From assembly GCA_964247055.1 (NCBI GenBank), contig OZ176054.1, positions 6,696,001 to 6,760,000 of the forward strand: 64,000 nt of DNA, given 5' to 3'. Positions 25,169-36,499 of this stretch are shown piece by piece. The translations under genes were made by a program, and so were the position numbers. Below the pieces are notes generated by a model. That model saw nothing but the letters and a program-made list of their open reading frames with translations, had not been told where the DNA came from and ran no database searches. The stretch is from Paragordius varius. Lineage: Eukaryota; Animalia; Nematomorpha. The stretch's first letter is position 1. Every line of letters starts with the position of its first letter.

Positions 25169-26642
25169 TCTATATATTTATAAAAATGGAAAATGCTGGC
25201 TTTGTGATCTGTTTCCGGAAAACCGGTAGACCCATTCAAATCCCAATATCAAAAAATATAATCATTAATGAATGCCCCACAATAACTTCGCCCTTTATTT
25301 GAATTAGAATTTCGGGCCCATTTCGTGTAAAAACGGGTTTTTTTGAAAACAGAGGTCCACAAAAATCGTGTCTTTGAGACAATTTTCTGGAAAACGTGTT
25401 GGACCATTCGATTTCCAATATGATTTTTTTACTTATCTTCGATTGCGCCGAACATAGTCGGCTCGCCTTTTTAATTTAGGCCCTCTTTTTACCCACTCCC
25501 CCCGTAAAATGCCATTTTTTTAAAAAAAATTGAGTTCACAAAAATATTTTTTTAATCTTTTTTTTCTCCCAAGGTATGAGACCGTAAAAATTCAATAAGG
25601 ATTCCCCTGCGGAAAGGCAAAAATTTTAGCAAAGGTTTTTTTGATGATAGCTGCTGGGTAAGGAGCTACCCGCGAAAAACTGAACCGTCATATCGAAATA
25701 GCGTGCTTTTGGGGCTAAATTTCAGAATACCTATCAGGCCAAATGAGTTCAATACCTGCTTAAAGTATTACCCGTAAAAAGTCAAAAATCTAAGCGGATT
25801 TTTTAAATTAGCCGTTAGGCCCTTCACGCCCTGAAAAATGCGCCACCATAGAATAATTTTTTTTTATTTCAATTTTTCCGAAAATTAATGAGAGCATATG
25901 GCATCAATCATAATTCCAGGTATTCTCTGTAAAAGGCAAAGATTTTAATCAAGGCATTTGTATCAGGCTCTGGGTAGGGAGCTACCCGCCAAAAACTGCG
26001 CCACTATATAAAAATTGAGTTATTTTGAAACTAATTTAAAACATATGCCATATGAGCTCATTTAAAGTTTGAAATATTACCCGTAACTATTAAAATTAAG
26101 GTCAGGTCTTTTTTATTAGCCGTTAATCTGGGGCCTTTATGACCTAAAAATACGCCATCATATAACGATTATTTAGTGTTGAGGTATTTTTTCGAATAAC
26201 CCATGAGACGATGGTCTCAAAGATGATTCCAAATATTTTCCCTATAAAGGCAAAAAATTTAACTTAGCGCTTTTTCCATATAGGCCTATGGGAAGGGGTC
26301 TACCGGTTTAAAACTGAGACGCCATACAAAAATGGCATGGCTTTGGAGCTAATATTCAAAAAACTTAAGAAGCCATACGAGTTCAATAAAGGCTTTAAAT
26401 ATTATTCATAAAAATGTAAAAATTATAGTATAGCGGTTTTTTCCGTTAGCCGTCAATTTGGGGCTTTTACACCATTAAACAATATATCAGATGAATGCAC
26501 CGTTTTGAAAATCCTAATGAGATCATAGCTATTAGTTTCGAAATAATCCACATATATGGACATTTTATTGTCCCTTTAAATAGCCCCCCCCCCCAGAAGT
26601 TCGAAGGACTTGCTCGGGCGCTTAGTAGCACATTTAGGCTAG
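25169..26642 (+). mobile_element. Non-autonomous Helitron (long copy) with three internal diverged ~310-bp repeats
   Basis: 5' end A|TCTATATATTTATAAAAATG and 3' end cgaaggactt..tcgggc...CTAG|T, both shared with 18352-18913. Internal units recur at about 25575, 25890 and 26200 (aaaggcaaa, ctacc.g...aaaactg, ttagccgt). Confidence 0.85.
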
Positions 26643-26688
26643 TAATTTATATAAATTAAGGATTTTAGAAACGACTATATCATTGATT

Positions 26689-26691
<3 letters not shown>

Positions 26692-26729
<38 letters not shown>
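26692..26729. repeat. (TA)n microsatellite
   Basis: Uninterrupted TA run. Shorter runs occur at about 15415, 34710 and 62105. Confidence 0.95.
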
Positions 26730-26733
<4 letters not shown>

Positions 26734-28098
26734 ATATACATGTGTATATATGTAATTATACTCTATATTCAAATTAGATCTATTTGAACACCATACCCAT
26801 AAAAATAATTTTTTTCACCATGAATCCATCCCCTATAAAAACCCCTGAATAAAAAGCTTTAAACTAATTAGCTTATGCAGATTATAATGGACTATGCTAT
26901 TTTTAAATAAAATACTGGAACAATTGAAACTAAATTAATTGATGTTTTAGTTATTGTTAATGCCACAGTTCCAACATGTTCAATAATCATGCCTTATAAG
27001 CCCATTGAGCGAACTAAAAAATATTTATGCCAGACTAAAAAATGGATAATTTTTTACGGCATAACATGACAAAGGCTCGGTTAATTTAATATGATTTAAA
27101 ATCAATTATCATTTGAATCAAATATTATTATATATCAAAATATTGTTTTTATTTAACATAAAAAATTTGGCTTTTCAAAATACTTACGTCTGCTGTATTA
27201 ACGTATGTATATGTACTTTCAAAGGATAACGTACTTTGTGAAAAAAAAAACATATATAAAATTACGTTTTATTTTAACTTTTTATATAGTATTATTGAGA
27301 TATGATCATGTTTTTAGCCCTTATTCTTATTTTACTAAGTATCTTTCATTCAAATTATGTTTTTATTAAGATGTTGTAAATGTTTCTGGCCTATTCACAC
27401 CGAATAGTTTATCAGGTAATATTTAATATGGCAAATATTACGTAAATACTGTGATGGCGAAATCTTGCTAATCGAATATATTTAAAATAACTCTTCATCG
27501 TATTTTTATCCTTCTTAAAACGATAAAGAGATTTAATTATTTTATCATCTGCTATATCCACGACTTTTCTTGGCTTAGGAATAAACATAGAAATGTATAT
27601 AATTTTCTCTTTTTATACTAACCACGTTGATCATGGTAAACTAAGCAAATGAGCACATACAAATTATTGACAACGAGTAGCAAAAAATACAAAATAATTA
27701 AAATAATATAGGAAAAAAACCATTATGTCTTACATGAATGTTATAATAGTTTAAGTTTTTTATCGCAAAATTTTGGAAGTAAATAATATATAGAGTAGTT
27801 TTTAATATTTGAAATAGAATGTGAATATCTATAATTGGTTATTGCAATTATCAAAAACGTCCTAGTTATTAACTTACTAGTTTATTTGGTAGAGTCAATT
27901 TTAGATAATTTGTAAAGAGGTTGGTTGGAAATTATTTTTACTTATTATATCAACAGAATATAGGTTATGTTACTTTTACTATAGTGCATTCGGTTGTCAC
28001 ATAAACTCACTTTCGAAGACATAATTTTGAAAAAGTGTGAAACCGGTTTTGTTTTAAATATGTAAATATTTTCTATTAATTTATTGTACGCCAGATTT

Positions 28099-28155
28099 AT
28101 GTCGAATTCAAGCGACACAAGCAATAAATCTCACAAGATTGGCATCAGGATTCAG
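28099..28155 (+). CDS. Predicted exon of an uncharacterised multi-exon gene (MSNSSDTSNKSHKIGIRIQ); true start uncertain
   Basis: CCAG acceptor at 28094, CAG|GTAATG donor, phase 0 out. Confidence 0.35.
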
Positions 28156-28387
28156 GTAATGATTTTTTTGCAATGATAAATAGAATTTTTTTTGACCACA
28201 ATCCAATAGTTTCACGGGAAAACAATTTAATATTGTGGAAAGTCCCTTTACACCTTGAAATAACACCGGTTGATGAAATTAATCGGAAATATATGCCAAA
28301 CCTTCTCATGTTTCAGGATATAGAAAAAATTTTAAAATTTTTTGGTTCTCCCGTATTATTTATTATATTCACCATGCATACTTTTAG

Positions 28388-28552
28388 TTTTATATACGTA
28401 TACCGGCACATGATTTTTATTATCTTAAATTGTGTGCCATATCCAATCAAACATTAGGTACAGTGTTTGGTACTATTTTGCCGATTCGAAATGAGATTTG
28501 TATAAATCTTTCTCCATACCTTACACAACCACCTATTACAGAAATTAAAGCG
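28388..28552 (+). CDS. Predicted exon of the uncharacterised gene (FYIRIPAHDF...PITEIKA)
   Basis: TTTTAG acceptor, 55 open codons, phase 0 to 0. The donor is weak (GTTTTT). Confidence 0.4.
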
Positions 28553-28644
28553 GTTTTTAGTTAAATCATAACTAATTTATTGCATATTACATGAAATATT
28601 TTTAAAAATTTAGATGAATAAAATAACACTTAATTGATCAATAG

Positions 28645-28858
28645 ATCATTTTTTTCCAAAGAAACAGAATCACTGACATGCAAGTTTTTGAAGAGTATCA
28701 AAAAATAAATGGCGATTTTTCCCTACTTGGGGTGGGTTTAGATAATCAACAGCGAAATATGCGATTCCTAAGTTCCTTGGTCCGTACCCAAGATGTGTAT
28801 GAAAGAACTGAAAAAATAATTAGTTTAGTGTTGGCAGATTGTTCTATTAATTACAATA
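28645..28858 (+). CDS. Predicted exon of the uncharacterised gene (...MQVFEEYQKINGDFSLLGVGL...CSINYN)
   Basis: Open frame, donor a|GTAAAA, phase 1 out. An alternative acceptor exists at 28661. Confidence 0.5.
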
Positions 28859-29271
28859 GTAAAACTTTATAAATAATTACTTTTTTGAAGCCAGTTCCTA
28901 GCGAAGAGATGCCCAATTTATATTATTTTTTATTTAAAATAAAATATTGAAATTAAATAAATAACGTATAAATTTGGTTTTTCCGCAAATCATTTTGCCA
29001 TTTATTGGTTTATTATTCAAATCGCCGGTTAACTATTATGTAAATTAATGTTTTCACGTATAAAATAACGCAGCAGTTGTCAAAATAAAAAACACTTTAT
29101 CATATAATTTAGTCAATCTTATTCCCCATTTCCTGGCGTTGCCCGATCAAACTCACTTTTTAGGAAAAAGTATTTTTTTTTATTATTAAAATATATTTTA
29201 TATCCAAAATTTATTAAAAAAAAATTTTTATTTTAAATTTAAATATTCTCCTCCGTAAAAAATATATTTAG

Positions 29272-29359
29272 GTTTGTCGGTGTTAGAAAACTATGCTTGT
29301 CACCACATAAAAACATCTGGAATTTACAGCATTTATGCGGATAGAAATATTTATATTCG
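29272..29359 (+). CDS. Predicted exon of the uncharacterised gene (LSVLENYACHHIKTSGIYSIYADRNIYI)
   Basis: TTTAG acceptor, cg|GTATAT donor. Phase 1 in and phase 2 out match both neighbours. Confidence 0.55.
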
Positions 29360-29850
29360 GTATATCCAATTAATTTTAGATTATATTATCAAAACTGTTT
29401 ATTAGTTTTAATATATATATATATATCATAGGCAAAATTCAGTTAATTCATTTTTTATATGTAATAAATGTAAAAATAAATTTGTAAATCAGGGTTTTAA
29501 CCAGCGTAAAGCCCCCTGGGAAACGCATTTTCAACCAAAATCCAGCGGGCAGCATTAATATATGGGGAATTAAATATAATTGAAACTTTTAAACACATGA
29601 ACAAATTTTAAATATCTCACCAATTTTTTCTAGAAAGAGTCAGTCAAAAATTGTTTGATATCCATGAATTTTACTAAAACTAATTTTATAAATAGCAATA
29701 ATTTGCCAATTATTTCGTATTTATTTGGTAATATTAAGTTTTGTTTATGATATTGTTTCAAAATCGTTTATATGTTGTTTTTGATGTACTCAATGATAAT
29801 ACCTTTCTAAAACCAAACTTAACACTTTCCTTTAACCTTAACCCTTATAT

Positions 29851-30224
29851 ATACCATTTACAATTCAATTTCACCCTTAAACAATTCAAATTCCCCCTTG
29901 AACAATTCAAATTCACCCTTGAACAATTCAAATTCACCCTCGAACAATTCAAATTCACCCTCAAATAAAATATGTTTTTTAAGATTAAAAATTACCTATA
30001 TTTTATATATTTTTAAAAAATAAAAATTTTGTTTTAAATTAAAATATTACTGAAAAAATAATAAACTATACCATAAACATATATTTCATATTAATAATGA
30101 GTTATATTAGTTAAAAAACACCTAATTTATTTTTAGGGTGAATTTAAATTGTTCAAAGGTGAATTCGAATTGTTGGAGGGTAAATTTGAATTGTTTAAGG
30201 GTGAATTTGAACTGTAAATGGTAT
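29851..30224. mobile_element. Foldback MITE with 21-bp tandem subterminal units
   Basis: TIR ataccatttacaattcaa / ttgaactgtaaatggtat. About five copies of aacaattcaaattcaccctt(g), mirrored in the right arm. Related copies at about 33226-33484 and 56595-57025. Confidence 0.8.
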
Positions 30225-30285
30225 ATTCAAACTCAACACATTAATTAATTACTTTTCACTTAAATGCAAATCATGATTTATTATG

Positions 30286-30680
30286 TCCTTCGATTCAAAT
30301 TAGGATTATTGACCACCCGTTTATAGAATGTGTTGAAACATTTGAAAAGTTTGCACTTTTATAACATTGTTGCTCCAAAACATGAAAAAAAGATTCAAGC
30401 AAAATGACTTGATATTACGTATTTTATGGATAAACCTGAAGGCAAAAATTTAGTCAACATATGAGTTAGCTAATGCTAATTATATATATTGCAAATTATT
30501 TCTCCATAGTATGTAAAGAGGATATTTTGCAAAAATAAGTTTGAAAAAAAATGGGTATGAAGTAGTATTGGCTTAATTCATATTTTTATTTAGATAAACT
30601 TTTGCCAAAATTTAAATTGGCACAGGAGCATTTTGGTAGTTTTTGATCATTAATGTCAGGTTACCCCAAAATTGATATGT
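30286..30680. mobile_element. piggyBac-like MITE, copy 3 (more diverged)
   Basis: Starts tccttcgattcaaatt and shares internal blocks (ttgcactt..ata, ggcaaaaatttagtc, aaaaaatgg..t..gaagtagt) with 7213-7746. Confidence 0.6.
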
Positions 30681-30835
30681 AAATATTATTTTAAAGCCTT
30701 TTAAGTGTTTAATAAGCATATTCTTTGATTTTTATAGTATTAATTTTTAGATTATAAGCCAAAATATTTTAGTGTTATAATTATGTAAACCAACGCTTTT
30801 TTAAATCGACACTTTAATATTTACGGAATTTAAAA

Positions 30836-31154
30836 ATTGAGAAAAGCGAGACGACTATGTTCGGCGCAATCGAAAATAACTAAACAAAAATCATATTTGA
30901 AATTGGATGGTCCAACACGTTATCCGGAAAATGGTCTCAAAGACACAATTTTTGTGGACTTCTGTTTTCAAAAAACCCGTTTTTTACACGGGGTGGGCCC
31001 GAACCGGGGGCCTAATTCAAAAAAAGGGCCAGGCTATTGTCGGGGCATTTATTAATAATAATATATAATTTTGATATTTGGATTTGAATGGGTTTACCGG
31101 TTTTCCGGAAACAGATCACAAAGCCAGCATTTTCAATTTTTATAAATATATAGA
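30836..31154 (-). mobile_element. 5' part of the same Helitron family, truncated, intronic
   Basis: The reverse complement begins A|TCTATATATTTATAAAAATTG and matches 25169-25460. Confidence 0.85.
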
Positions 31155-31198
31155 TTATTTTCAACATTAACCAAGTACCAATTATCACAAATATATAG

Positions 31199-31385
31199 AT
31201 ATGTCCCAATAATTGTTGAACACAATGAAACCGAATTATTTAAAACTCTTGAACTCAAAGTGCAAGCAAAATTTGTTAAATCACGAAAGGTTAATTCAGA
31301 AGAATACATTGTGTTCTTTAACTCTTCCTATGATAATATTAGCGATTATGCTAAAGCCTGGCCAGGACTTATAGCTAAAGGAACG
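31199..31385 (+). CDS. Predicted exon of the uncharacterised gene (YVPIIVEHNETE...AWPGLIAKGT)
   Basis: TATAG acceptor, 62 open codons, acg|GTAAAA donor, phase 2 in and phase 0 out. Confidence 0.6.
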
Positions 31386-31942
31386 GTAAAATCATTTTTA
31401 AAATGTTAAAAATATAATTTATTTACCAAGATATAAAAATATTTTTAAAAATTAATTGATACTATATTATTTTTATGGCGGCAACCCCATTTAATATTTT
31501 TCTAAATATAGTATAATTTATCAATGGACAGCTCGACGACGAATAATGAATGTTATATGTCCATTATTAATTTGGATAATGGTGATGAGATAAAATATAT
31601 AGTCCCAATTTCAACCAAAGTATATAGTTAGTTGCATTTATCCAATTTACTTTTTTTAGTAAAATTATGTACTTACTGAGTTAAAAGACCCTATAATGTG
31701 GTAATTTTTTATTATTAGCATTATGCATTGACTATAATCAATAATGTTATTACACAATTAGATAAATATAAAAATGTAATAAGATTTGAAAAAGTATGAT
31801 AATTTTTTTTATTTATATATTGGTCATAAAGTTTTTAATTGTTATTTATATCAGTATTTGACTTCATCTATATAAAGAACGATTAAACAATTCATACTCT
31901 ACTTTTTATATATATGAATGTCTTTGATTTTTGCTTGCTTAG

Positions 31943-32158
31943 TTAACATTTTCACAAATCAATGATCGACTATATTTGCAATTGGAAACAATGGAAGCAA
32001 AATCAAAAGCTTTTTTTTCACGCCATTTGGTGACCGAATATCATTGTGATTTACCGACAACCGTGGTCCGTAGAAATAATGGGGATTATCATTTTAGGGT
32101 TTGGAACGAAGATCCCTTCACAATATCCAAATTTATAAGAACGTGTGAATTTGTTTAA
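31943..32158 (+). CDS. Predicted last exon of the uncharacterised gene (LTFSQINDRL...IRTCEFV*)
   Basis: ttttgcttgcttAG acceptor, phase 0, in frame with track ORF 31976-32158. Confidence 0.6.
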   Translation, partial: LTFSQINDRLYLQLETMEAKSKAFFSRHLVTEYHCDLPTTVVRRNNGDYHFRVWNEDPFTISKFIRTCEFV

Positions 32159-34702
32159 CAAATGTTTGTAATGAAAATAAAACAAAAATTGATTATCTAA
32201 TAATTACATACAAAGAAACTAGTTTGGTTTTACTCCTTGGTTTTTGTATACATTTAAAGAAATATAACCCCATTATATGATGGTATCTAAATATTCGCAT
32301 TTTAAAAGCTTTTTATATTATTTTAGAGTGTATTAAAGGCTTCTATGCTAAAAATATTTTTTTCCAAGGAAAAGTTTGTAAATATTTTATGTTAGACCCT
32401 TTACAATATCTGTTTTGAACAAAATAATTCAGGTACTTATAGAAAATATTAAGGTTAATCGCTAATGGTGCACATGGTTGTTTAATATGTCTAATATCCA
32501 GTTTTTTGATAGAAAATTAACTTAAATTTGTTATGATATTAAATTAGATTAAATAATTTTACACATTATTAAAATACGTAATCAAGCGGGTTATCAAAGC
32601 AATTTTTTTAGGAAACTTTAGTTATCCATGTCAAATACGCCCAGCCAAACCTTTAAAAATGTCCATTTCGGTTGCATCCGTATTTACCAAACAAGGAAAT
32701 TGCTGTTTTTAACAAAAGTTTGACAATATGCCGTATGAAAAAACAACTGATTGTATTAAAAGGAATCGATTCCCAAAAAATATTTTCTTTATTATGGTTT
32801 AGAATTTATTTTGCCATCATAAGGTTCTATTGTCACTTTTTTAAATTTAATAGCACATATTATTTTGGTTACAATGATAAAATGTAGATAAATGTAACTA
32901 ATAAATAAATTTTCTAACTAATTTCTTTAAAAATATAAGTAAATAAAGAGACAATATTGTGAACAAAATAAAGAAATAAGGTTAACTTTATAACAAAGAT
33001 TATAAAAAAGAAAATAATATATTTTATTATTGAAACCGTTCGGATCTACAGTTCCAATTATAATACATATGATTTCTAAAATTTTGAAGTTAAAAAGAAG
33101 CCTTGGATCCATTTTACGAAAATATCATAATTCTTAACCGATATTAAAGGTATTAATTCTTAATAAAATTTTGATATTAATAAATATTTTATCCATATAA
33201 GTGTTCGTATATCCAATATTAATATATATCATTACAGGTCAAATTCACCCTTAAACAATTCAAATTCACTCTAATTCAAATTTATCCTAAAATTATATTT
33301 TAAAAAAAATGAAATTACATTTATAATATTGAAAAAACTATGCCATAAACAAATAATTCATATTGATAATGAATTAAAGCCCTAATACATAAAATATTTT
33401 TACTGTGAATGTGAAATATTCAAGGGCAAATTTTAATTTCCAGGGAGAATATTGTTCAAGGAGAAAATTGAAGTGGAAATGGTATATATATTAAATTTTC
33501 TACTGGAGAAATATTTTTTTAATTATGTTATTCACCTAGCAAAATCCAAAAACATAAACAATTCGAATGAGCTCTATCTTTTGAAGTGGTTTTCAGTGCA
33601 AAACCCTATCAAATTAAAAACTTTTAACGATTAGTGTAGGGATAGGTGAGATAAGTCAAAGGAAGATAATTATTTTATAAGCCAAGAATTTTTTTAACAC
33701 ACAAAAATGTTTTTTAAACGTTTTTCTGTTCTTAAAATTATATATTTCAAAGAAAAAACCAATATGTATTTTTTTTGGCTTTGAGATATGAATATATTAA
33801 ATTGGCGACAGGCATTTTTACCAAAATATAATCCCATTATTATGTATGTGTCTGCATGGAACAAATATATCGTATTCTAAATTGTTATTAAAATTAAAAG
33901 ACTCCAAAGTAACAACATACCTATATTGAAATATATGAGGTGTAATTATATATATATATATATATACTGTGTATCGTAGCGTTTAACCAAAAACAAGTAA
34001 TATCTGAAAATCAAATGGACAAAAAGAATTATATAGATTTTAACATACTGACTATACCTAGCTATTTATTATTTATATACTCTCCAAAAATAATTGGAGG
34101 TAGGACAGTCGCCAAATAAACGTTGACAGTACAACTCCTTAATATTAAGATTAGAGACAACTAATTGAGTGTGCTCAAAATTAACTTGGAAATTATAAAT
34201 AACACCCCTAAATATACCCAAAATTTTTATATACCTAAGAAAAATTGCACCATTTTTTTGTTTTGTCCTACGCTTTTATGTTACAAGGGTGCAGCTACTA
34301 AATGCTTAATCTTGATCTAGTAGAAAATAAAATTATTTAAATATAATTATAAAAGGCCACGTAAGATTAATTATGTAATGTTGATTATTTAAACATATTT
34401 TGATGGGACATATGGGGAAATTTTCGAGTTTTCCATTTATATGATTTATTTAGCCTGCAATTTAATGTAAATATGTTTAGATGATAAATATAATAAGTGT
34501 TGAAATTAATTTTAACGTTATTTCATATAAAAATTTACAAATATATAGGGTCGAATTTTTTATTCAATAAAAAAATAGATGAGGTCTTAAGTTAAAAGTT
34601 GTGTGATTTATTTTGTTGAGATTAATGCATAATAGGCTAATTACAAATAAAAATAATATTTCATAATATTAAATGCTTGAATATCTGTAAAGGAATATTT
34701 AT

Positions 34703-34734
<32 letters not shown>

Positions 34735-35325
34735 TAGTAATATTTTATTGATCTATAGCTGAGTCACACTTTAAAATTCTCCGGTGTGTTCCGCTTTCCC
34801 CTAACGTTAATTAAATCTATTTTGCAAATATAATTGGAATTTGATTGAGAAGTGGTACATATTTCGGTAACCTAAAATATAAACCTCGTATTTTGTTTGT
34901 TATAAAAACCTTATGACGATCAGAATTTATCTCAAAGATAATTTTGATGTCATGCGATTATAACCATTTCCTTTTTTATAAATAAAAGTATAGATACTCT
35001 GAAAACAAAAATACTAAAATAGATAATCTCTCTGTGATTCCGTATAAAAATAAAATGATCATTAATTATTACAGATCATTCAGAAGTGTAAAAATTAAAG
35101 TCAAATATTTTTTAAGGGAACATCCTTTTCAAACCAACGTTTCCATAAGCTACTTAATTACAATTATAAATTATATAATTGAGTGTATTAGGTTACTCTA
35201 TTCTCTTTTTATCCAAAATGGCAGTAATAAAATTAAGTTCAAAAAGCATATTTATCTTAAAATAATACTTGGTTTTTTGGTTTTTATATCTTTTTGTTTA
35301 ATTTTAATTTTTTCTTTACAGTTTA

Positions 35326-36499
35326 CCAAGTTTAGTCATAAACTATTGCCGGTACTTCAGCCAAAAAGCAAACGATTAATTTGTTACAGATCCCGTTTTG
35401 TTCATCTGACACTATATGAGTCCATCAAAACTAGCCTCTTCTTTTTATCATTCACTTATCATGTGGAATTTTGTGGCTGAAAAAGAACATTTGCCGCACG
35501 ATGGCCTTTCTTTCTTTAGTCAGAAAAAAAAACAGTTTTATGTCATCGTTAACTCGTGGAAACATATGGTCAACATGCTTTATCGATTAAAACTCGTGAA
35601 ACATGACTTTCATTATGCTCTGATTTCAATGTGAGAGAGAGTGAGCGCTCAGGATGATCATACAAGTGAGCAGAAGATGAAGTACAAAAATTATCATGAC
35701 CCAACTCAAACTCAGGCAATTGGCAAGCATTATCTGTATAGCAAAAATAATCAGGAACGGCCTCGAGCAATGGGAAAGATTACCAAACTCGGTAAAGGGG
35801 TCGACCACAATTTTAATGAACGCCGATTCGGAAATCGCAGAGTGCTTTGGAAAATTCTGCTTCGCCACGAAATAATCATTTTTGCGTCGAATTGTGACAT
35901 GTGATTAGATGTGGCTTTATTTAGTACCAAAGCGAAAGACATCGTGACTTCCATCTTGCCAAGCCGGTACATCAACCCAAGGCCAAATCTCTTTGGCAAG
36001 AAAACTATGATCTGTGTATGGTGGGATAAGAGCGGTATTGTACATTAATTTTTGAAGCCTGGTAAAATCATCAATTGCCATCACCATCAAATAATTAGTT
36101 TAAATGCATTTGAAAAACGACAGATGGCCAGAAGACAGACATGGCAAAGTGATTTTGCTTCATAACATTGATCCGTCTCATTCATCAAAACCATTTACTT
36201 TCACATCCATTGGATTTTCTCTCGCATTCGCTGAACTCTCCTACTTCCCATCTGATTTTTGCATCAAAGGGGCACCACCTCGCAGAGCAACACTTTAACA
36301 ATTTTAAGAAATTAAAAAATGGCTTGACCAAAGGTTTTTCGAAAAAAACAATCATTTTTCTGACACGGAATTCAGATATTTAAGAGATGGGAGAAATGTG
36401 TTCAATATACAATATTTAAAATAAAATATATAATGGATTTTCTGTAAAAAATACATGTTTTGTTAACACAAAACCGGCAAAATTTATGACTAGACTTGG
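35326..36499 (+). mobile_element. Near full-length Mos1-like mariner, transposase pseudogene from about 35460
   Basis: ~28-bp TIRs ccaagtttagtcataaactattgccgg / ccggcaaaatttatgactagacttgg, TA on the left. Frameshifted Mos1-like peptides: MWNFVAEKEHL, RAMGKITKLGK, RRIVTCD, RPNLFGKKTMICVWWD, KVILLHN, FASKGHHLAEQHF, RWEKCV. Confidence 0.93.

Noticed and set aside
28173-28457. Track ORF (94 aa) as an exon of the hidden gene
   Set aside because: Including it needs introns of only 28 and 35 nt, much shorter than the other introns inferred here.
27980-29170. Minus-strand Tc1 transposase remnant (LNPDANL resembling DLNPIENL)
   Set aside because: No TIR pair and no other Tc1 motifs in register; the plus-strand exon model explains the region better.
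29870-29965. Regular 21-bp repeats (and ORF 29741-29968, FTLEQFK repeats) as a CRISPR array or repeat protein
   Set aside because: The units are head-to-tail with no unique spacers, are mirrored in the other arm of a MITE, and lie in a eukaryotic intron.
35034-35480. 148-aa ORF
   Set aside because: Low-complexity AT-rich sequence running through the mariner TIR; no recognisable motif.
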